Shown one piece after another: positions 56,930-64,000 of a DNA stretch of 64,000 nt (the stretch's first letter is position 1; each line of letters begins with the position of its first letter). The stretch lies in assembly GCA_032718475.1 (NCBI GenBank), contig JAUCBJ010008095.1, forward strand, positions 19,421 to 83,420, read 5' to 3'. The DNA is from Nemertoderma westbladi. Its lineage: Eukaryota; Animalia; Xenacoelomorpha. The notes below the pieces were generated by a model. The model was not told where the DNA came from and searched no databases. It was given only the letters and a program-made list of their open reading frames with translations. A program made the position numbers and the translations under genes.

Positions 56930-58471
56930 TTAAGGTTTCCATAGTTTAAGTAATCCATCCTCAGCGAAAGTAGCTACAATATTCTGATGGGGATGATGAG
57001 AAATTCCTATAACACTTGAGTCGTGAACAGTAAGGGTTCGTTCTAACTTCCCACTAGTTGTACTGAAACAATACATGACGCGATCCTCCCCTACGCAGTA
57101 AATCCACTCGCCGCGGGGGGAAACACAAAAACATATGAAATCCCCGCCCTCACGTTTCCCTGAGTTGAAACTGCGAACGATCTGACCCTGAACGTTCATC
57201 ACGACTACCGTGTTACTCCGGTTACATACGAGGAACTGGTCTGGATGTTTAGGGAGTCCCGCTACCGAATGCACAGTAACATCCACGCCGGAGCCGCCCA
57301 ACGATTTGTGCGTGTTTATACACTCTGAGGTTTTTATACTCCAGACTCGTACCGTTCCGTCGCTTGAAGCCGACACTATGTGGTGTCCGTCTGGGAGGAA
57401 AACGGCCTGGTTAACGAACGAGGAATGTCCTCGCAGTTCCTTTAAGGTTTTGCCGGACTTTAGACCGTGGATTCGGATTGTGGCGTCGAATGATGCGGTT
57501 AGGATCTGTGAGTTATCCCTAGAGAAGGCCACCGAGGTGACCCCCTTGGTATGCGCGCGCTCCAACCTTCGCAAACATTGACCTGTTACGATCTTCCACA
57601 CCTTTACCTTCCCATCCTGCGAACCCGTGGCTAGCATCTCGGAATCGCCACTGAAACCCAGACAGAGAACCGCTGTCTCCATTAACATAAAGTTATCCGC
57701 TCCTTGGTACTTCAAATCGGTACGAATTTTCCCTGTTTGGAAGTTCCAAACTTCTATAAATCCGTCCACCGAGCCGCTAACTAGGTATTGTCCGTCCGGC
57801 GAGAATGCGCAGCACTCGATGTGGGTTTTCGAGCCGAACTTTATGGTTTTGTGAATAATTCCCGGGTATTTCTCGTCCTCTTGGTCGCGTATCGCGGCCT
57901 TACCTCGAAACACGTCGATTTGAACTCCAGGGGGGAGGAGACCTTGATGCTGCTGCCATTTAATCGCCTGTCCTACTAACGCCATCAACCTGCTGGGAGG
58001 GACTACACTCACCTCCCCGGAGAGACTAGACGCTATCGCCTGTCTGCGCCTCTCCTTACTCTGCCCTTCCGGGTAGGCCTCGCGAGGATCGAAGTAGGAG
58101 CGAGCCAGTAGGTTCTCCAGATGAATGTAGCGGTCCGGACTTTGTTGTTTCAGACAGATCATCGGATCTGTTTGTCTCAATAACGATCTTGCAGCTCCTA
58201 ACTCTCGCAGTTCTATTAGTTCTAGAACTACTTGTTCATATAAGTCTATGAGAGTTTTATCAGGAAGTTTTAGGTGCTGTATAGCCTGCAGTACTGTGTC
58301 CCAATGACCCTGTAGGATTTCTTGTATGAAGCTATCGGCTGAATCCACCGTGTTTAGGGAAACTGTACTTTCCTCCTGAAGAATTTGCATGGATCGAGCG
58401 AGATTGTTTTCCTTCATGTATTGTAAAATAAGTCGAATAACGTCGGCTGATTCTATCTCAACGGCCGCCAT
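56930..58471 (-). CDS. SMU1: WD40 repeat-containing spliceosomal protein SMU1, intronless, 513 aa
   Basis: [13 protein letters not shown] (LisH), [35 protein letters not shown]-terminal DGLLKLWKP. Confidence 0.97.
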   Translation of the reverse strand: MAAVEIESADVIRLILQYMKENNLARSMQILQEESTVSLNTVDSADSFIQEILQGHWDTVLQAIQHLKLPDKTLIDLYEQVVLELIELRELGAARSLLRQTDPMICLKQQSPDRYIHLENLLARSYFDPREAYPEGQSKERRRQAIASSLSGEVSVVPPSRLMALVGQAIKWQQHQGLLPPGVQIDVFRGKAAIRDQEDEKYPGIIHKTIKFGSKTHIECCAFSPDGQYLVSGSVDGFIEVWNFQTGKIRTDLKYQGADNFMLMETAVLCLGFSGDSEMLATGSQDGKVKVWKIVTGQCLRRLERAHTKGVTSVAFSRDNSQILTASFDATIRIHGLKSGKTLKELRGHSSFVNQAVFLPDGHHIVSASSDGTVRVWSIKTSECINTHKSLGGSGVDVTVHSVAGLPKHPDQFLVCNRSNTVVVMNVQGQIVRSFNSGKREGGDFICFCVSPRGEWIYCVGEDRVMYCFSTTSGKLERTLTVHDSSVIGISHHPHQNIVATFAEDGLLKLWKP

Positions 58472-58636
58472 ACCGGTACTAATTTAATAAATATTGGTTA
58501 TACTAAAATGAATACACAAAAAGTAACAAATTTAGCCTAATGAAGAAACTGCAACCCAGTATAGAGTATACCAGTATCAGTATACGGACCAATAAATACG
58601 AAATAGGCCTATACCAAAAACTGCTGCTGATTGCGT

Positions 58637-58707
58637 GCTAGGGACTACTGGGACAGCTGGCTAGGGACTACTGGGACAGCTGGCTAGGGACTACTGGGAC
58701 AGCTGGC
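58637..58707. repeat. 3 x 23-bp repeat (GCTAGGGACTACTGGGACAGCTG) upstream of SMU1
   Basis: Read directly. Confidence 0.85.
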
Positions 58708-58759
58708 TTGGCTACCCATGCGCTCTATCTTTAATCGGCTCGCTACATAGCATGTATGA

Positions 58760-59250
58760 GGCGCCGTTGGGCTCAATAAAATATTGCACATATTTTTTGT
58801 TTTTGTAATTGGTGCCACCACCATGAAATCCACAATTTGCTTGATGTGATGCGGCGTGCAATACTACAGTATGCCTCGGCTTGTCGACAAATTTGCACCG
58901 GAATTCTATCTCAGACAGCCCTGCACTCCACCATTCCTACTCCACAGCTAGCTGCTGCAGCTCAGGCAGGAGTTGTTATTTTACCATTGCTTTTAATTTC
59001 GCGACAAAATAATGTCAAAAAACTAAATATATCGAATACCACACATAGAATCGATCTGATATTTTGTAACGCGATTATGAACCACCAAAGCAATGTACTT
59101 GCAAAATTTTACCAAAATCGCCAGCCAGGAAGTGCCTGAACCTAGATAATTATCAGTCAGTCAGTCAGTGATATATAACCTGAGATTTTTACAGTAAGTA
59201 TCCTGCAGATTTTTACAGTAAGTATCCCGCTGTCGAGCGGGCTCCTAATA
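58760..59250 (+). mobile_element. Possible non-autonomous Helitron/Helentron-like element
   Basis: (TCAG)n microsatellite and a subterminal hairpin CCCGCT-GTCG-AGCGGG near the 3' end. Single copy, so boundaries are a guess. Confidence 0.35.
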
Positions 59251-59887
59251 ATGTATACAGTATTGTACCTCCTACATTGATAAATTCAAATTATCAATTT
59301 AAACTGCAGCATCAGTTGTACCACAAATAATAAGGCGATAATAATTAATAAATTATCAAAACTACAGAAATAACGAGAAACAATATTACCATCTCATAAC
59401 ATGGAGTACATTTATTTAAAAAAAATTGCGCCCAAATTTAAATATATCTAAGTTTAGTCCTGTGTATAACACAGTGAGTGATGAGTGGTGTTACTGTTAA
59501 CCCAACATTTATATAGTACAGTCTATCTAAGAATTCCGTGAAAATGATCCTGACCAATATTATACGCAGACAAGCATTCCTAACCCATTCACCACGCATG
59601 CTTGGAATTCGATGGATAAATCATTCCTGTTAATTAAATTCTTAGTATGCGCCACGCACTCCTGGCGCTTACCTGAAAAATATTCCCAGACAAGAATCAT
59701 TGGCGAATCTATCCCGCACCTCATGAAATGTACCAGAACGTCTGGCGAACATGTCGTTCGCCACACGAGCCTAGCACGCTTGTTGTTTACTGGGTGAGCT
59801 GTTAATGTAACTGTAATTAATGATGTAATATAATAGTTTTGTTCAGAAGTGGAAAAAATGAAAAAGCACATCAACGGGGGTTGAACC

Positions 59888-59933
59888 AGCGCTATACGTA
59901 CGTTTCGGCCTATCAGGCCTTATCAGTAGCGCT
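59888..59933 (-). ncRNA. Minimal type I hammerhead ribozyme-like motif (G8A variant)
   Basis: AGCGCTA-CTGATAA-GGCC(TGATA)GGCC-GAAAC-GTAC-GTA-TAGCGCT, with perfect stems I and II and a palindromic stem III. Confidence 0.65.
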
Positions 59934-59944
59934 AACCAGTGTGA

Positions 59945-60885
59945 CTTCCAAATCCTCATCCCTTTCCCTTACGTATTCGAAGGTCCTCACCTGACTTCCG
60001 GATCCATGATCCCAGGTAACAGAAGTCGTCCACATGCTCAAGCATACCATCCTTTGAACTTACTGTAGGCACCCTATGCTCATCCGATAAGACCTGTCCT
60101 GGGAACTTTCAAAGTTAACTGTCAAAATGTTGGTCTTCTTGGGAGTTAACAAAAAAGACCAACACAAGAAGCATCCTGTTATAATGGGTTGAGGAGCCAA
60201 GCCGTTGGGCTCCATCTAGTGATTCTGAGAGTACTCCTAAGTCATCAGCAAGTCTAGATCAGTTAGGTACTTGGCTGGATTTCCTCGACTTCTGGAGCTA
60301 GTAGGTGGAGTTATCATCACCACATCATCATTATGATGATCTAAGGACATGCGTAGAACATAGTCAACCACAATAATGAACAAGAATGGTGCAAGTGTGT
60401 CCCTGGAGGACGCCCCATAACACTTCAAATGGTTCTGTGTCACCGTCAACAGTAGACACAAATGTAGTCGAACCATCGTATACTTATCTGATTGTTGCAA
60501 TAATTTCATCAGGAATCCCATATAATGAAAGTGTGCTGAACATACATGAGCGAGAGACTGAATCAAAGGCCTTGAAGAAGTCAACAAGGAAAATAGCCTG
60601 TTGTCTGTCTTTCTTTTTTGATAACTCTTCAATTATCTTTCTAATTGCCAAAATGGGCTCCATGGTCCCACGACCTTTGCGGAACCCATTATGATTTCCA
60701 CGGAGCAGTCTCTCAATGGGATCCCTAATGCGATTTAATAGAATTCTTTGCATAGCTTTGCAGCAATCGAGATAAATGAGATTCCCCGAAAAGAACCGTA
60801 GAGTGTTGAGTTGCCCTACTTGGGAACTGGCACCAACTAACAACTTATTCGTTTTCATTTTATTGTTTGACTCTTGTCTGGTACA
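59945..60885 (-). mobile_element. Degenerate internal RT fragment of the same RTE family as 7660-10128
   Basis: High nucleotide similarity to ~8680-9590, with frameshifts. Confidence 0.9.
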
Positions 60886-61759
60886 TGTCGTTTATAATTT
60901 TTTAATCTATGGATAGTCTAATCTATGGATAGCTACTCACTTTTTGTTATGTATATGTCGGGAACTACCAAAGGCATTTAATATAGCGATATTCGTCTCC
61001 AAACTCATGATTAGAACGGGTAAAACGTTACATATTTTTTGAGGAATAATATAATTTTAGTACACCATGACCCATAATATAGTAGTATAAATTTTCTGAT
61101 GACACGGACCCCCCCCCCTCTCCCCATATTTTTCTAAATCTATATCATATTGCAATATATATTGTAATATATATTGCAATATATATTTGAAACACAACTA
61201 CTTAAAATCGCCGTCGATGTTAAATGGAGCATGAAGTTTCGAATTTGCCTTTAATTTGGCCGCTTTAATGAAAGTGTCTTTTGTGAAATTGCACCCTTCG
61301 TATCGTGGCTGAAAACTCGTTTTAGCAATAAGATTTGACATATGATTGCTGACATTTTTATGGTATCTTCAAAACTATTTCCGTACCGTTACTATAAATA
61401 GCCAATATATTTTTAGAAAACTCTATTCAGTTCCGAGCTATATGTAGTATGTACTAAAAAAACTACAATTTTTGCAGGTCAATTTATAGACCGAGGTTAA
61501 GTAAAAAAACTTGTGTGGTAAATGTTACATATTGCTTAGTATATTATAATAATGTAATTAGCAGGCACGAATAAATGAATAATAAATTACTAATAATAAA
61601 TCCATAATCTAATTAAACCGTGTGCTACAACTACCGTAGGCTAAACTGCACCCAATATATTATTTATACAAAATCACTGTCCTCTCAGAAAATATAATAA
61701 ATAAAACAATTAAATAACAACATATTTTATAAATTAATTCATTAAAGCCTTTTAATAAT

Positions 61760-63418
61760 TTACGATGGGAAATCGATATCTGAGTCAGAGAAGGAGGTAT
61801 TTACGTGCCGCCCTGTGTCTACGGACTGCCACACAGGGTCTTCTGATCGGGGTTGACACCCGGATTGTTTACCTTCCTTGTAAACAACCGGACTAAGACA
61901 AACAACGGTGAGAAACAACATGAACATAAAGAAATAGAAGACCCAATGCCAATCGAAATGTAACTGAATGAGGGGCACTAGGTACTGTCCGAAAGCCGCG
62001 CCTACCGAACCAGTGCCGTCCACGATTCCAGTGACGGTCGCTAGAGCGCGATGCGAACCCCGGATCATGGGATTCTGTCCGAGGTCGGCAGAGATCGCCG
62101 CCGAAATCAGGTTGGCCGGGCCGCCGATAAAGAAACCCGCCACGGCGAGAAGGAATGAGTTGATCGCTTTGTTTCGGGGGGAGTTAGTGTAGAGGAATAG
62201 TGAACCGAAACCCAAGGTTAGCATTGGGGCGACCACAATACCGCGTTGGTGTAGCCAATCAGAAAGGAGACCGCCGAGAATGCCGCCAACTATTCCGCCA
62301 ATGTCGTAGAAAGTTGATATATCGTCGGCGACAGAATCGTCCCATTTCAACGCGTTCGAAAGATAGAAAGGCAACCAGAAGAAGAATGCGTAGTTGACTA
62401 GTTTGAGACAAGCGTAAGCGAGGGAGTAAGTGATCACTCCGGGAAGAAGAACTGCTTGAGTAAAGGAGATAGCCTTTAGGTTATTAGGTTCACTTTTACC
62501 GTTGAGACTGGTAGGGTTGGGTAGTAGGGCGTCGGTTAGCAGACCGTCTTCTCTGTCTATCTGCACGTCCCGGTAGACGCTGCTACCGGCAGTAGGGGAA
62601 TCTGGCTCGGTGGCGAAAGGCATCGGGAGGCCTACGTCGGTGGGAGTGACAACTAAGCCGAAGAAAATTACAATAGACATGGCGAATAGTATGGAGGATG
62701 TTACAAGGAAGCCGTATTCGTAACCGTAATCCAGCAGCGCTGCTACTAGTAGGGCACCGAATACGTTACCAACCGAGGCGCAAGAGGACCAAACGCCGAG
62801 AACGAAACCACGGCTACCTTCCCCAAACCAGTTACCCATAACAGCGACTACGGTAGGCCAGCCTAAGGATTGTAACAGACCATTAACGCACCATATAGCT
62901 AAGTAGAAAGGTCGGGAGTAGAAGTGGGTCCATTCGGTTACTGAGCCGAATAAAAGTACTAGTATAGAAGATGCCGACATTCCAAAGGCTAGGATATATC
63001 GTTTATCGAGTCTGTCCGCGAAGAATCCGCTGAAGAATAACCCAAAAGCGTAACTGAAGAGGAATACAGCATCGAGAGTCCCTAGGAAGAGTTTGGAGGA
63101 ATCTTTCGTAGGGTAGAAGTTGTGTCCGTACCAGGTGGAATTTGGCCACACAGGGTGGCTGCCGTTAGCTGGCGAAGGGGTCCACGCATCAGCAACGTCG
63201 TCTTTTACGTTGCTGAAACACTTACGGGTCGCGTGGAAGGAAGCGTAGCAGATGAATGTTAGACAGAATACCGAGGCGTGGTGGTACGTCCAGGTTTGTT
63301 TTGGTTGAATGTCGCGTTCTCTCTTTGTTCGATGAGGTGAACGTACCGGTATACCGGTTGGTTCCATGGCAATTAAATCACAATTGTTTATCCCGGAATT
63401 AGTAAATGGAAAGTCCAT
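61760..63418 (-). CDS. SLC37A3: MFS sugar-phosphate exchanger (SLC37A3-like), intronless, 552 aa
   Basis: HATRK.FSNVK, VMGNWFG..SRG, YSLAYACLKLVNY.FFFWLPFYL, ISAAISADLG, ALATVTGIVDGTGS; about 12 hydrophobic segments. Confidence 0.93.
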   Translation of the reverse strand: MDFPFTNSGINNCDLIAMEPTGIPVRSPHRTKRERDIQPKQTWTYHHASVFCLTFICYASFHATRKCFSNVKDDVADAWTPSPANGSHPVWPNSTWYGHNFYPTKDSSKLFLGTLDAVFLFSYAFGLFFSGFFADRLDKRYILAFGMSASSILVLLFGSVTEWTHFYSRPFYLAIWCVNGLLQSLGWPTVVAVMGNWFGEGSRGFVLGVWSSCASVGNVFGALLVAALLDYGYEYGFLVTSSILFAMSIVIFFGLVVTPTDVGLPMPFATEPDSPTAGSSVYRDVQIDREDGLLTDALLPNPTSLNGKSEPNNLKAISFTQAVLLPGVITYSLAYACLKLVNYAFFFWLPFYLSNALKWDDSVADDISTFYDIGGIVGGILGGLLSDWLHQRGIVVAPMLTLGFGSLFLYTNSPRNKAINSFLLAVAGFFIGGPANLISAAISADLGQNPMIRGSHRALATVTGIVDGTGSVGAAFGQYLVPLIQLHFDWHWVFYFFMFMLFLTVVCLSPVVYKEGKQSGCQPRSEDPVWQSVDTGRHVNTSFSDSDIDFPS

Positions 63419-64000
63419 ATATTCTTATTCCGATTCGGCAAAAGTCTTTACAGTACCGTAGGCTAGGCAGTAGGTACAGGGTACGGTCACCCACGGTGCA
63501 CGGTACGCGGTACCGGACCCGCGGACCGTATTATCAGAATATGGGGGGGGGGGGGGGGGGGGGTTAACAATGTGCAATGAACAACTGAACGGGAACGCCA
63601 GGACAGTAGGATTACATGTAGGCAGGTAGGGTAGGCTAGGTACACCTAGATCTGTAGATGTACCAGTAGCTGGCAGGCTGGCCTATTCATCTGCCCGTTG
63701 ATTCCCAAATAAATACTGAAATAGGCCCTAACTCTCGTTTATCTTTTTAGGTTCCTTTCAAATCCGCCTCTGTAACCTACTTCTTTATATCTTTACTAAC
63801 TCAGTAACCGCTAACCAACCCAGTCAAACAGTTGGGTAGGTAGGCAGTGGGCAGGCTTAGCCTCCAACTGTCCAATTACGAAATGTTAGGAAGGAATTAC
63901 TGTAGTTTAATCAAACGTCGTCATCAGTGATCAGCTGATGCTTAAACACGTTCGTGGGGCCTTCGCGCAGCACGAGGCCCAGTTATTAGATACAAATTAA

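Overview
Eukaryotic (animal, probably invertebrate) genomic DNA. The first ~38 kb is a nest of retrotransposons. It holds three BEL/Pao LTR elements: A (minus strand, 5' end only, gag ATG at 36), C (minus strand, 3' half, 5691-16908) and B (plus strand, near full length, 16909-38174). A young intact Ty3/Gypsy element sits inside B, and an RTE LINE with a 100-bp target duplication sits inside C. The rest carries a THAP/P-like remnant, several foldback MITEs, minisatellites, LINE fragments and four host genes: an intronless EGF/Ig type I membrane protein, an isolated BACE-like first exon, intronless SMU1 and intronless SLC37A3. The strongest signal is that A and B have no tRNA primer-binding site. 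Instead, the 11-12 nt directly after the 5' LTR are exactly complementary to a site ~750 nt upstream inside the LTR, and four positions co-vary between A and B. This is the signature of Tf1-like self-primed reverse transcription, here in a BEL/Pao family. C and B also share an accessory ORF after pol with three zinc knuckles, which in C is fused to a DEDDy 3'-5' exonuclease. Smaller signals are covarying RNA stems, an internal copy of the polypurine tract, a five-copy palindromic motif, a tRNA-derived cassette in an LTR, a hammerhead-like motif and CTCF-like sites in a MITE. All alignments were done by eye and no databases were searched.
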